Assembly (NCBI RefSeq): GCF_963921235.1 | Contig: NC_086097.1 | Span: forward strand, 226,612,001-226,676,000 | Length of the DNA: 64,000 nt | DNA from: Mobula hypostoma | Lineage: Eukaryota | Direction of reading: 5' to 3' | Shown: one piece after another, positions 25,341-38,025 of the stretch | How positions within the stretch are numbered: the first letter of the stretch is position 1 | How the letters are laid out: each line of letters starts with the position of its first letter | The notes under the pieces: model-generated | The model's database searches: none | Seen by the model: the letters and a program-made list of their open reading frames with translations, nothing else | What the model was told of the DNA's origin: nothing | Position numbers and translations under genes: made by a program

Positions 25341-26624
25341 ATAATTATAATGCAGAATATTTATAGAAAGCATTCAAAACATTTTTTTAAAGATCCAGAT
25401 AAATATCTTTAAGCTCCTCTAGTAAAATTGTTTCTTTAAAACTGATTTTAAAATTAATTTTAATCCTGTGTTTCTGTGATACTACTGGTTAAGCATTAGT
25501 GTTACAATTTACAATGACAGCAATAAGTAGTTACATAGGTACAAGGAAATTCACTTACCTTTTTTTAACTGGGGAACCTGTTGCTCTTCAGCGTTGCTTA
25601 TGAGTGGTTTGGGATCTGGAGTATAAATCTTGAGGAATTTCCTCAGTATTTAGCTCTTTTCACCACCATTTACCTACATAAATAGGGTTTCCGCTGGACT
25701 TCTGCCAAAGTTATGGCACCGGAGAAGGAAAAGTCCAAGGGGAATTCCAGGCAGTAATGTTTAGCTACACAGATGGAAATGTATTCGACAAGGCCTGTCC
25801 CTTCAAGCACTGCTCAAGTACTCCCTGGGGCAAGTGGCCTAAACAGCTACATCCTGAGGTCAATGAGAGGCTAAATTATTGAGTGAAGTCTCTGCAGATT
25901 GGCAACTGCTTGTAAATGCCTAGGTCCCTTTGGGAAAAGCACATTGACACTTGAAGCATGATATCTGAAATAGGACTGGCACATGATGGCATAAGACTTT
26001 TCCCTGGATGTATGTATTGATCTAATATTATTTTAACCAAGTAGTATGAATATAAAAGACCTCACTATCTTCTATGCTAGTTACTTGTAGTCTGGCCCTA
26101 GGGATTAACAGTAGTTTATGTTGTGTGATAGATAATTGGTGCGTAATGAGTGTAATTGATAATTGGTGTTACTTTATGTAGACATCCAAGTAGTTCTCTC
26201 AAACGTACAAGGGCGCACAGGTGTTCAGAGGCCCAGCAATAACTGAAGAAACGTATCAGTTTTTACAAGATCAAACTAGTATGTGTTTAGAACTAAATGC
26301 CCTGGGTTCAATTAACCTCAGTTGGCATCTGCTGTTTCAACTGGAAACTCTTTGTCAAGATTAGTGCTTCTACAAAGGTGAACTGCTGGCCTAAGTAATG
26401 GTGTCTGGAGACTACATATGATCTTGACACCCACGCCCCCCCCCCCCCGAAAAATGCTTGGCACCGGTTAGGGAGTAATTTGCCAGATTTCTTGTACATT
26501 GGACAGACGCTCCCGGAGCCTGCTGATGTTTCAATACATAGGAATTTGGGGTGGTTGTTTCCTTGGTCTTTTTACTGTGTTAGTTAATACAGGTAACTCA
26601 CGAGCTTCTCTCCGTTTAGTGGGG

Positions 26625-26945
26625 TGTCATGGTAGCATAGCATTTAATGCAGTTATTTTGCAGCGCCAGCGATCAGCTGTCGGAGTTCGAATCCCACTGC
26701 TGTCTGTAAGGAGTTTGTACATTCTCCCCGTGACCGCGTGGATTTCCTCCACGCGCACTCCCACACTCCTCCCACATTCCAAAAACATATGGTTAGGGTT
26801 AGTAAATTGTGGGCATGCTATGTTAACACCAGCACTTGTGGGCTGCCCCCACAAGCCTCGCTGATTTGATTTGTTGCAAACCGTGCATTTCACTGATATT
26901 TCAATGTTTTGATATACGTGTGAGAAATATGGATAATCTTTATTA
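26625..26945 (+). mobile_element. V-domain tRNA SINE
   Basis: B box ggagttcgaatcc; core ctgtaaggagtttgtacattctccccgtgaccgcgtggatttcctcc..cctcccacattccaaa. Confidence 0.85.
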
Positions 26946-26949
26946 TTTA

Positions 26950-27340
26950 TCCATGCGAATGCCCGTGGCTACACCTTGGGTTTGAGGGAAGTGGGAGGAG
27001 CCGAAGGAGAGGACCATTTCTGCCAGATGGAGGAAAGGGATGGTGCAGGGAACTAGTTGGTTCTGTTGCCCAGAAAGAAGTGGAGAGCTTTAAGGCCCTC
27101 CTGATGGGGAACAGAAGTGTAAAGGGACTGGACATCCATAGTGAAAGTGAGACAACCAGGGCCAGGAAACTTAATGTCATTGAAAAGATCGAGAAGGTGT
27201 GAAGTGTCACGGATGTAGGAAGGGGACTGGACCAAAGGGGATAAAACAGAATCAAGGTATGCAAACAGGAGCAGGCAGAAACGATGGGTCTACCTGGACA
27301 TTTAGGTTTGTGGACCTCGAGTAGGCGGTAGAAATGGAAG
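26950..27340 (-). pseudogene. Penelope-like element reverse transcriptase fragment
   Basis: Frameshifted minus-strand pieces HKPKCPGRPIVSACS, SYIRDTSHLL, TMDVQSLYTSVPH, FLQTQGVATG, which are PLE RT motifs. Confidence 0.85.
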
Positions 27341-27344
27341 GAAC

Positions 27345-27635
27345 TTCCCCAGCCCTTAGTCTCTTTCAACAATTAACTTCCCACCTCATTACTTCACCCC
27401 TCCCCCTTCACAGTTTCACCTATCACCTGCCACCTTGTACTTCTTCATCCCCTCCCTCCACCTTCTTAGCCTGACTCCTCCCCGCCTCCCTTCCAGTCCT
27501 GATGAAGGGCCTCAGCCGAAAACTTCAACTGCTTACACTTTTCCACAGATACTGCCTGGCCTGCTGAGTTCCTCCAGTACTTTGTATGTGTTGCTTTGGT
27601 GATTTTCAGCAGCTAGCAATTTTCTTGTGTTTGTG
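27345..27635 (+). mobile_element. Penelope pseudo-LTR with hammerhead-like motif (27494-27531), inverted relative to the adjacent RT fragment
   Basis: Pyrimidine-rich ..ttcacctatcacctg.., then cagtc-ctgatga-agggcctcagcc-gaaaacttc-aactg and the family tail. Confidence 0.8.
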
Positions 27636-28744
27636 ATAACTAATCTTTATCTTTATCACCTTATATGAACTTGCTAAGTTGTTCAATATATAAAACTCGT
27701 GGGTTCCATGACATATTTCCTTTCGTTATAATATCTGCTCATAATTGTAGAAAGCCAGCAGCCCAGTCACAAAAAGCTGCCCTAAGAGCTAAATATTTTA
27801 GCTCTTAGCCAATAACGAAATTGAGATGCCTTATCAGTGCCCTTCATGCAATCATTATACGTGCCTGCATAGCCAAAGAATCAGCCAGTAGATATAAACA
27901 TGCAAGATATCAGTAAGGATAGAGGTCAAACATTAACTTCCCTTGATCTTTTGCTGTTTGCCACCCTACGCTGTTCCTCCACCAAGACAATAGGACCTCT
28001 TCACTGACGACAATAAGCCATTCAATATTGGGATAATGGTGTTGTACATGGGAGTGTCAGTTTAGTGAGTGTCATATTGTGGAAATAATCATGCTCCCTT
28101 AGGTATTCTGTTTGGAACCAAGCTGAAGTGCACAGGGTGTGCTTTGTAAGGGCAGGCACCTCTCTGATGTGGGGGAAAACATCCTGTTTGGGAAACGTAA
28201 CTTGCATTGATAATGAGCCAGAGGTTGATACAAGTGGGTGGTCTGACAGTGAATCATTTGCATTTGCTCCAAATTCATTTGGCAAAAATAATCTGCAGAG
28301 ATGAAAAAGCAGGGCAAAGTAATTCATATTTCTTCAAAAGATGGATTTCTTCAAAAGGATCTTCACCTGCAGATACTGCAATATTCAATTTCAAATTCAA
28401 ATAGTGTAGCTATACAAAGAGGTCTTATTGGTAAGGGTTTATATGATTCAATAGGAAGCTCTGTCATTCTTAATAGTACTGTTTTGTTTTATCAGAAAGT
28501 TCTTTGTTTTCAATTAAATTTGTTGTCATAAATGCTCAGAATCAGCAGATAATTATTAGTTTTTGCCGAAAGAATGGAAGAAGTTGTGAAAGCCAGAATA
28601 GCTGCATTGCAGAACTGCCCTGGAGAGTAAACACAGATTTACTAAAATGTCAAAAAGAAGATGGAGAAGAGTTCCCTTGAGCTGAAGATGAATTGATGGT
28701 CCTGTTGGATTTGAGGTAACTAGTCATTTGTGCATGTTGGTTTC

Positions 28745-30170
28745 CAAGTCAAGTCAGGTCAAGTGTATTCTCATTTCGACCATAAGCTGCTGGTACAGTA
28801 CACAGTAAAAACGAAACAAAGTTCCTCCAGGACCCTGGTGCTACATGAACCAACACAAAACTACACTAGACTATGTGAGATGGCACAAGGCTACACTAGA
28901 CTATGTAAAACAATATAAAAACTGCACTAGTCTACAGACCTGCACAGGACAACATACAGTGCACAAAACAGTGCAGGGCAGTACAATAATTAATAAACAA
29001 GGCAATAGGCACAGTAGAGGACAAATCACAATATAATAATAAATGATGTAGATGTCAGACTAGACTCTGAGTATTGAGGAGTCTGATGGCTTGGGGGAAG
29101 AAACTGTTGCACAGTCTGGTCGTGAGAGCCCGAATGCTTTGGTACCTTTTGCCAGATGGCAGGAGGGAGAAGAGTTTGTGTGAGGGGTGCTTGGGGTCCT
29201 TCACAATACTGTTAGCTTTGCAGGTGCAGCGTGTAGTGTAAATGTCTCTAATGGCGGGAAGAGAGACCCCGATGATCTTCTCAGCTGACTTCACTATCTG
29301 CTGCAGGGTCTTGCGATCTGAGATGGTGCAATTCCCAAACCAGGCAGTGACGCAGCTGCTCAGGATGCTCTTGATACATCCTCTGTAGAATGTGGTGAGC
29401 ATGGGGGGGGGGCGGTGGTGGGGAGATGGACTTTTCTCAGCCTTCGCAGAAAGTAGAGATGCTGCTGGGCTTTCTTTGCTATGGAGCTGTTGTTGATGGC
29501 CCAGGTGAGATTCTCCGCCAGGTGAACACCAAGAAATTTGGTGCTGTTAACGATCTCTGCAGAGGAGCCGTCAATGTTCAGCGGAGAGTGGTCGCTCCGT
29601 GTCCTCATGAAGTCAACAACCATCTCTTTTGTCTTGTTCACATTCAGAGACAGGTTGTTGGCTCTGCACCAGTCCGTTAGCCACTGCACCTCCTCTCTGT
29701 ATGCTGACTCATCGTTCTTGCTGATGAGACCCACCACGGTCGTGTCATCGGTGAACTTGATGATGTGGTTCGAGCTGTGTGTTGCAGCACAGTCGTGGGT
29801 CAGCAGAGTGAACAGCAGTGGACTGAGCACACAGCCCTGGGGGGCCCCCGTGCTCAGTGTGATGGTGTTGGAGATGCTGCTCCCCATCCGGACTGACTGA
29901 GGTCTCCCAGTCAGGAAGTCTGTGATCCAGTTGCAGAGGGAGGTGTTCAGGCCCAGCAATTTCAGCTTTCCAATCAGGTGCTGAGGAATGATTGTGTTGA
30001 ATGCTGAACTGAAGTCTATGAACAGCATTCGAACGTACGTGTCTTTTTTGTTCAGGTGGAGGGTGGTGGCAATGGCGTCGTCTGTTGAGCGGTTCAGGCG
30101 CTACGCGAACTGCAGTGGACCATGTTGTGTCAACCATTCTAGAATGATGTGTTTTTGCTCCACAGAGTTT
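28745..30170 (-). mobile_element. Rex1/Babar-type LINE, 5'-truncated: RT plus 3' UTR with (ACTTG)n-like tail
   Basis: ORF 29360-30028 [33 protein letters not shown]. Frameshift in a G-run near 29403 into ORF 29055-29402. Tail caagtcaagtcaggtcaagt on the plus strand. Confidence 0.95.
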
Positions 30171-30249
30171 GTGTGAAACCACGAACAATAAGCCAGATGT
30201 TCAAAAGTAAAACCTGGCCTCAGCTGAAATTTATCCCCACCATTTATTA

Positions 30250-30465
30250 TTTTTTAATTTGTTTAAATGCAGCACGGAACAAGCCCTTTGAGCCACGCCG
30301 TCCAACAATCCCTGACTTAATTCCAGCATAATCATAGGACAGTTTACAATAACCAATCAGCCTACCAACCAGAACATCTTTGGCCTGTGGGAGGAAACCA
30401 GAGCATTTGGAGGAAACCCACCAGGTCACGGGGAGAACATACAAACTCCATACAGACAGTGGCAA
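30250..30465 (-). mobile_element. V-domain tRNA SINE with CR1-like tail
   Basis: Reverse complement gagtttgtatgttctccccgtgacc..gtttcctcc..ggttgg..aagggcttgttccgtgctg. Confidence 0.8.
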
Positions 30466-30472
30466 AAATTAA

Positions 30473-30725
30473 CAGTGCCTTGGAAAAGTATTCAGCCCCC
30501 AACCCTTTGTTCACATAAATGAATATTACATCCAGGGATTTAACTGACGGTTTTTATTTCACTGTGTTCCTTTTTACACTATGGAACATAAGAAACTGGG
30601 AAAACTGTAAAGCGTGAAAAACTACGAATTCAAAAATTGAGTGTCAGCAGTTCAAAAGTATTCGTCCCCTTTGCTCATTACTTAGTTGAACCACCTCTCG
30701 CTGCTATTACAGCTAGTAATCCTGC
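30473..30725 (+). mobile_element. Tc1-like IR/DR terminal fragment
   Basis: cagtgccttggaaaagtattcagcccc, with inner direct repeat caaaagtattcgtcccc at ~30653. Confidence 0.7.
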
Positions 30726-30732
30726 TATAATA

Positions 30733-31365
30733 CTGCGGGAGGAGAAGATGGCGGCGTGACGCAGCGCACGCAGCTCTCCGGTGAAATTATATCGTATTTG
30801 TAAGTAGGACACCGTGCACAATTCTGATTTGATGGAGACAGACGTGAGAAGGCACAGAGGAACATCTGGAGAAATTTCTGAAATGTCCGGTTCGCTGCCG
30901 CTGCTACTGTGCGATCAAGAATCTCCGGAGGGAAGGCCCCAAAATCCCCGGCTTTGCCTGCTGCTGGCGACCGAGGCTGGGGTCGAAGCGTTCGGCAGAG
31001 ATGGCGCTCGGTACTCGGTGTCGGAGGGCTGATTGGAGCTCGAAGTTTTCGGACAACTCAGAGTCAGATTGTGGTCGGGCATGGCAGGGAGAGTTTTTCT
31101 TCCTTCTCCCGTCTGCGTGAGATGTGAGAGTTTTGAGAGACTTTGAACTTTTTTACTGTGCCCATGGCCTGTTCTACATCAAGTTATGGTATTGTTGCAC
31201 TGTGTAACTATATGTTATAATTATGTGGTTTTTGTTAGTTTTTCAGTCTTGGTCTGTCTTCTGTTTCTGTGATATCACTCCGGAGGAATATTGTATCATT
31301 TCTTAATGCATGCATTATTAAATGATAATAAAAGAGGACTGCGTGTCCTGATAATCTAATCTAAT
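30733..31365 (+). mobile_element. CpG-rich non-coding SINE-like retroposon with 5' AAGATGGCGGC and (AATCT)n tail
   Basis: Sharp GC/CpG-rich block beginning gggaggagaagatggcggcg; 3' aataaaa..taatctaatctaat; no ORF. Confidence 0.6.
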
Positions 31366-31499
31366 AATAAATTTTTACTTGCAAAATTGCTGTCCACTGA
31401 CTATCCTGTCACAACTTAAGCAATTTTGCAAGGAGCAATAAGCAAATCTTGCTCCATCACGTATTGCGTAGCTAATAGAGACTTATCCAAGAAGACTAT

Positions 31500-32000
31500 T
31501 GACTGATGGTAGCAATGAGAAGAGAGCATGTTCTAGGTGATAGGGGTCCTTAATGATGGACAAAGCCTTTTTGAGGCACCGCCTTTTGAAGGTGTCCTTG
31601 ATGCTGGAGAGGCTAGTGCCCATGATGGAGCTGCCAGAGTTTATAACTTTCTACAGCTTTTTCCAATCCTGTGCAGTGGCCCCTCCATACCTGACAGTGA
31701 TGCAACCAGTTAGAATGTTCTCCACGATAAATCAACTGAAATTTGCTCATGTCTTTGTTGGCATACCAAGTCTCCTCAAGCTCCCAATGAAATATAGCCA
31801 CTGCCTTGCCTATTTTGTAATTGCATCAATACGATGAGTCCAGGATTGTTCTTCACAGAGGGTGACATCTTGGAACTTGAAACTGCTCATCCTTTCCACT
31901 GTCAATCCCTCAATGAGGACTGGTGTGTGTTCCCTCAACCTACCCTTCCTGAAGTCCACAATCAATTCCTTGGTCTCAGTGATGTTGAGTGCAAGGTACT
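31500..32000 (-). mobile_element. Rex1/Babar-type LINE fragment
   Basis: Minus strand LALNITETKELIVDFRK..VERMSSFKF; similar to 47500-48495. Confidence 0.8.
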
Positions 32001-32399
32001 CCAAATTAGGTTGTGAGATTCCCAAAGGAATCCAAGGGAGGAAAAAACCTACGGATGCTGAAATTTTGAGGTAAAAACACAATCAGCAAGTCAGGCAGCA
32101 TCAGTGGAAAGAGAAACTGTCAACATTTATTTTCATTTAGGAACCTCCAGATCTGTTTTCCTCTCCACAGATGCTGCCTGACCTCCTGAGTCTTATCAAA
32201 AGTATCTATTTTACTCAACTCCCATCGCTTTATAAAGCAGGAATCAAAGAAAGATGTTAGCCCTTAAAGGGCCGTTCCATGCTGATGCTACACACATTTA
32301 TGTCATGGAGGAGAAAATGCTGCAGGGGAAGGGTGGGGAAATGCAGTATGCGAAGAGGAATGTTCTGTCTGCCAAGAAGCCTGGATGATTTTAAGAAGA

Positions 32400-33200
32400 A
32401 GTATCGTTTTCCAGCTGCCCAGTATCCACTCTTGCCTTTCTTTTACTCCTTATATATCTGAAAAACTTTTGGTATCCCTTTTGATGTTACTGGCTAGCGT
32501 ACCTTCATATTTCATCTTTTCTCTCCTTATGGTTTTTTCCAGTCATCTTCTGTTTGTATTTAAAAACTTCCCATAATTTTTGCTGTATTATTTGCCTTCT
32601 CTTTTGCTTTTATGCTCTTTTTGACTTTCCTGGTCAGCCGTGGTTGTCTCACCCTCCCTTTAGAATACATCTTTATCTTTGGGATGTATTTATCCTGCTC
32701 CTTCTGAATTGCCCCAGAGCCTTCAGCCATTGCTGTTCTGCCGTCAACCCTGCTAGTGTCCCCTTTGAATCAACTTTGGCCAACTCCTCTCTCATGCTTT
32801 AGTAATTCCTTTTACTCCACTGCAGAAGTGATCCATCCAACCTTATATCTTCCCTCTCAAATTGCATGGTGAATTCTATCATACTATGACACTGCCAGCT
32901 TTGTGATACATCTCATCATACAAAGTCAATAGCTTAACTTTCAGAACAATATTGAACAAAATGGACCCAAGTATTAAAGACCAAATAATCCATTCCTCAG
33001 TAATAACAGGATACACCTCTGTTGGAATATGTCATCCATTTAGCTGTGTGTAAAAAATTACAAACTATTAGCACAAGTATCTTACAACTTAATTTCCATG
33101 TTTTCCAACTGATGCAATTTGATTAGTTTCTGAAGCCTTAAATGTCTCTGCTTGTCCCATTCATGATCCTTGCTACCACCCCCTTCAAAAGAAATTAAGG
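32400..33200 (-). repeat. Left arm of 801-bp inverted duplication
   Basis: Position x pairs with 67051-x. ORFs 32554-32802(+) and 34249-34497(-) are identical. Confidence 0.97.
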
Positions 33201-33850
33201 AGTAAGAAACCGTACAAAATGGGGCAATAGAAAAATAAGTCCCATGATCCCATGCTAAGCCATGCTACATTAAGTTGTTGATTTTGTTTCTGTTTAGATG
33301 GATGTAATTTGGAGGCACTAAATTACCTTTCAGATTAGAATAATGGTGTAAAGATATTTTTTTTTTGCTTTACCATAAATTCTTGCTGTAGCTTGAGGAA
33401 GATACATCGAACATATGCCTCAGTATATGAAGTGGTATTTTACGCTAAGATTCACAGTTGGTATTCTTAGTTACTGGCGAGAGGTGCAAACTCAGTATTG
33501 ATGTTGTTTGATCTTTCAGAAGGCCAAGTGGTGGTAATTGGTGCTAAGGGTTAGAGAAGAGAAAGAGGGGTTCATTCTGTAGTTTCAGGAGATGGAAATC
33601 AGTCATGTGAAATTAAAAGTTCAAGCAATCACATGATGACATTTCAAAAATACTCACCAAATGGAGGAGCTAAGTGCTACCTTTTCTTATTAATAGTTCT
33701 CTTTTATACTAGGAATCATCCTAGTATCAACATTAAGTGCCAGCCATAGTTTCAGAAATCTGTTTCTAGTGGCTGACTAGTTCCATTCAAATATCTTATC
33801 AACTTCCTCAACTTCCAAGAGATAATGTGAAAATTTTTTTAAAAAGAACA

Positions 33851-34651
33851 CCTTAATTTCTTTTGAAGGGGGTGGTAGCAAGGATCATGAATGGGACAAG
33901 CAGAGACATTTAAGGCTTCAGAAACTAATCAAATTGCATCAGTTGGAAAACATGGAAATTAAGTTGTAAGATACTTGTGCTAATAGTTTGTAATTTTTTA
34001 CACACAGCTAAATGGATGACATATTCCAACAGAGGTGTATCCTGTTATTACTGAGGAATGGATTATTTGGTCTTTAATACTTGGGTCCATTTTGTTCAAT
34101 ATTGTTCTGAAAGTTAAGCTATTGACTTTGTATGATGAGATGTATCACAAAGCTGGCAGTGTCATAGTATGATAGAATTCACCATGCAATTTGAGAGGGA
34201 AGATATAAGGTTGGATGGATCACTTCTGCAGTGGAGTAAAAGGAATTACTAAAGCATGAGAGAGGAGTTGGCCAAAGTTGATTCAAAGGGGACACTAGCA
34301 GGGTTGACGGCAGAACAGCAATGGCTGAAGGCTCTGGGGCAATTCAGAAGGAGCAGGATAAATACATCCCAAAGATAAAGATGTATTCTAAAGGGAGGGT
34401 GAGACAACCACGGCTGACCAGGAAAGTCAAAAAGAGCATAAAAGCAAAAGAGAAGGCAAATAATACAGCAAAAATTATGGGAAGTTTTTAAATACAAACA
34501 GAAGATGACTGGAAAAAACCATAAGGAGAGAAAAGATGAAATATGAAGGTACGCTAGCCAGTAACATCAAAAGGGATACCAAAAGTTTTTCAGATATATA
34601 AGGAGTAAAAGAAAGGCAAGAGTGGATACTGGGCAGCTGGAAAACGATACT
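33851..34651 (+). repeat. Right arm of 801-bp inverted duplication (unique flank plus CR1 5' end)
   Basis: Reverse complement of 32400-33200; 650-bp unique spacer at 33201-33850. Confidence 0.97.
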
Positions 34652-36720
34652 GGAGAGGTAGGGATGTGGGACAAAGAAATGGTGGATGAACTTAATAAGC
34701 ATTTTGCATCAGTTTTCACTGTTGAAGACACTAGGATTATGCTAGAAATTCAGTAGTGTCAGGGATCAGAAGTGAGTGTAGTTGCTTTTACCAAGGAGAA
34801 GGTGCTTGGGAAGCTGAAAGGTCTGAAGGTAGGTAAGTAATCTGGGCCGGATGAACTACACTTCATGGTTCTGCATTAGTGATGATCTTTCAAGAATCAC
34901 TAGATTCTGGAATGGTTCAAGATGACTGAAAAATTGCATATGTCACTCCTCTCTTTAAGAAGGAAGGGAAGCAGAAGATACAAAATTAGGGCAGTTAGCC
35001 TGACTTCAGTGGTTGGGAAGATGTGAAGAGTCCATTATTAAGAACGAGGTTTCAGGGTACTTTGAGGCAAATGCTAAAATAGACCAAAGTCAGCATGGTT
35101 TCCTTCAGGGGAAATCTTTCCTGACAAATCTGTTTGAATTCTTTGAGGAAATAGTAGACAGGGTAGAAAGAGTAGAATCATTGGATACTTAATTGGGTTT
35201 TCTGAAGGCCTTTGACAAGGTACCACACATAAGAGTGCTGAACAGAGTAAGAACCCATGGTATTACAGGGAAGATACGAGCAAGGATAGAAGATTGGCTG
35301 AGTGGCAGGAAGCAAAGAGTTGGAATAAAGCATCCTCATCTGGTTGGCTGCTAGTGACAAGTGGTGTTCGACGGGGGTCGATATTGGGACTGTTTCTTTT
35401 CATGTTATATGTCAACAGTGCTCCCTTTAAGATGTATGTGTAGGCCCACACATATCTTTTGCCACTAGCGCACAAAGGAATTTAAACTGTCCACAAAAGG
35501 TTGTCACCCTCTACCTCGTTAACATGTTAAGTATATTTCATGATCATACATAAACATTTCCTTTTCCAATTTTTGATGCAGATGGTGTTGGCAACGTGGA
35601 GTTTGCAATGATTTGTCTGCAGATTTTAGAACTGACTTATTTATACCGTTTTTATTGAAGTAATTATTCAGTGTGCACGTGTTGCTGCCACTAGGCAAAA
35701 AATTACATAGCACAAGATGTTTGCACACACTGGTCATTACAAATTAGAGGGAACATTGTATGTCAATGATTGGGATCACAGAATTGATGGCTTTGTGGCC
35801 AAGTTTGCAGAAGATACGAAGATAAATGGAGGTACGGGTAGTACTGAGGAAGCAGGGAGTCTGCAGAAGAGCTTAGACAGATTGGGAGAATGGACAAAAA
35901 AGTGGCAGATGAAATACAGTGTAGGGAAGTGTAAGGTCATGCACTTTGGTAGAAGGAATAAAGGCATTCACTATTTTCTAAACGGGGAGAAAATTAAAAC
36001 ATCAGAGGTGCGAAGGGACTTGCGAGTCCTTGTGCAGGTTTTCCTGAAGGTTAACTTGCAGTATGAATCAGTAGTAAGGAAGGCAAATGCGATGTTAGCA
36101 TTCATTTTGAGAGGACTAGAATATAAAAGCAAGGATGTGATGTTGAGACTTTATAAGGCATTGGTCAGACCCCACTTGGAGTATTGTGCGCTGTTTTGGA
36201 CCCCTTATTACAGAAAAGATGTGCTGGTATTGCAGAAGGTCCAGAGAAGGTTCATGGGAATGATCCAGGGAATGATAGGTTTAATGTATGAAGAGCATTT
36301 GATGGCTTTGGGCCTGTACTTGTAGGAGTTCAGAAGAACGAGGGTGAATCTCTTTGAAACCAATCAAATATTGAAAGGCCTAGACAAAGTGGATGAGGAG
36401 AAGATGTTTCCTATAGTGTGTGAGTCTAGGACCAGAGGGCACAGCCTCAGGATAGAGGGACGTCATTTAGAACAGAGATGAGAAGGAAGTTCTTTAGCCA
36501 AAGGGTAGTGAATCTGTGAAATTCATTGCCACGGATGGCTGTGAAAGCCAAGTCATATTTAAAGCTGAGGTTGATAGGTTCTTGGTTAGTCAGGGGGTGC
36601 AATGTCTCAGTGAGAAGGCAGGAGAACGGGGTTGAGAGGCATGATAAATAATGATGGAATGGCAGAGCAGACTCATTGGGCCAAGTGGTCTAATTCTGCG
36701 CCTGTGTCTTATGGTCTTAC
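34155..36720 (+). mobile_element. 5'-truncated, degraded CR1 ORF2 interrupted by a hAT MITE
   Basis: [15 protein letters not shown] 35717-36325 contains KFAED..KCKVMHFG..LYKALVRPHLEYC; tail tcttatggtctta. Confidence 0.95.
35416..35758. mobile_element. hAT-type MITE (343 bp) with 8-bp TSD TATGTCAA
   Basis: TSD at 35408-35415 and 35759-35766. TIRs cagtgctccctttaa / ttagagggaacattg (12/15). CR1 sequence ttatatgtcaa|tgat rejoins across it. Confidence 0.92.
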
Positions 36721-37760
36721 AATCTGCAAAGAAAACTAAGTACTCATGGGATTTAAAAAAAAATCTTATTGTAAGTAAAGTCATTGTCCAAATGGTACAC
36801 AAAATACCTCAGAAGTGGTGCATGAAATTATTCTTGTTTCCACTAGAATAGAAATGCATATTTCATTAGACTGTCTGGTCACATGCTGAGTATCTTGCAA
36901 AGATTATCACATGCCAGTCACACTAAGCCTCAGTGGTGCCGCTCTGTATCATTAGTTTCAGCATCAATTAATACTCTCCTGACCTCATCTTTTGTAAAAC
37001 TTACAGAGAATTATCGATGCATATTTTTCAGAGCTTGCAAGAAAACATTACAGCAGTGTATAATCTAAGAATTTTAGACCCAATAACAGATTTTCTCATC
37101 TGCAGCATTGAATGCATTTCCATAAGCCTTGAGGACAAATAACGGGGCAGACTGAATAGCCCAGGTGGTAAAGAAAGACTTAGAGGTATAATGGAAGGTT
37201 AACATTCCAGATGGGATACGGAGGATGAACAGCAGCTGAAAATGTTGATCCTGCTATGTGTGCAAACTGAAGAAAAATGTCCAAACTGTCATGATCTCCT
37301 GATTAAAGGATCTGCTGTATACACTGGTCAACCTTTATCCTGAACCCTTATTAGACTTCATTTTTTTTTCGCCCCACACTGCATTAACATTAATGAAAGG
37401 GTCTGACATTTGCAGTTAACTCCTTCCTAACTACTGTGTCTTTTCCACTTTCAAAGTACTATAATATTTTCTTTCACACGATAGTAGAAATGCTTCTCAG
37501 TGAATACTTCCCTCATGGAAAAGGTGCAGCTGTGCAGAATGATGTTTTATCAGCAAATTTTTGGTTAAAAAAACAGATTGTAGATGTGATAATGTTTGAG
37601 TTGTGATAAATAATATCCCAGTTTCTGAAATAAACTGAAAGGCCTTGGCTCACCGAATGAGGTAGAATTTGCTTAGATTCCCAAATTATGTTCTTTATAC
37701 TTAGTTATGCATTTTCATTAAGCTATTCCAAAGTGCGTAATGATATCTCTGTCTAAGTAG

Positions 37761-38025
37761 GGCGCCATGGTAGCGTAGCAGTTCGCGTGACACTATTACA
37801 GCTCAGGGTGTCAAAGTTCAGAGTTCACTTCCAGCGCTGTCAGTAAGGAGTTTATATGTCCTCCCCGTGAACGTGCGGGTTTCCTCCCACATTCCAAAGA
37901 TGTACCAGTTTGTAGGTTAATTGGTCATTGTCAATTGTCCTGTCATTAGGCTAGGATTAAAAATCGCTGGGTGGTGTGGCTCTTTGGGCCAGAAGAACCT
38001 GTTTTGTGCTGTATATCTAAAAAAA
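37761..38025 (+). mobile_element. V-domain tRNA SINE with CR1-like tail (HE1-like)
   Basis: ggtagcgtagcagttcgcgtgacactattacagc head; gagtttatatgtcctccccgtg core; gggccagaagaacctgttttgtgctgtat tail. Confidence 0.85.

Noticed and set aside
28572..28716. Plus-strand exon ending GAG|GTAACT
   Set aside because: The frames examined contain stops and give no recognisable product
32554..34497. Two identical 82-aa ORFs as a duplicated gene
   Set aside because: They are antisense reads of decayed CR1 sequence inside the inverted duplication
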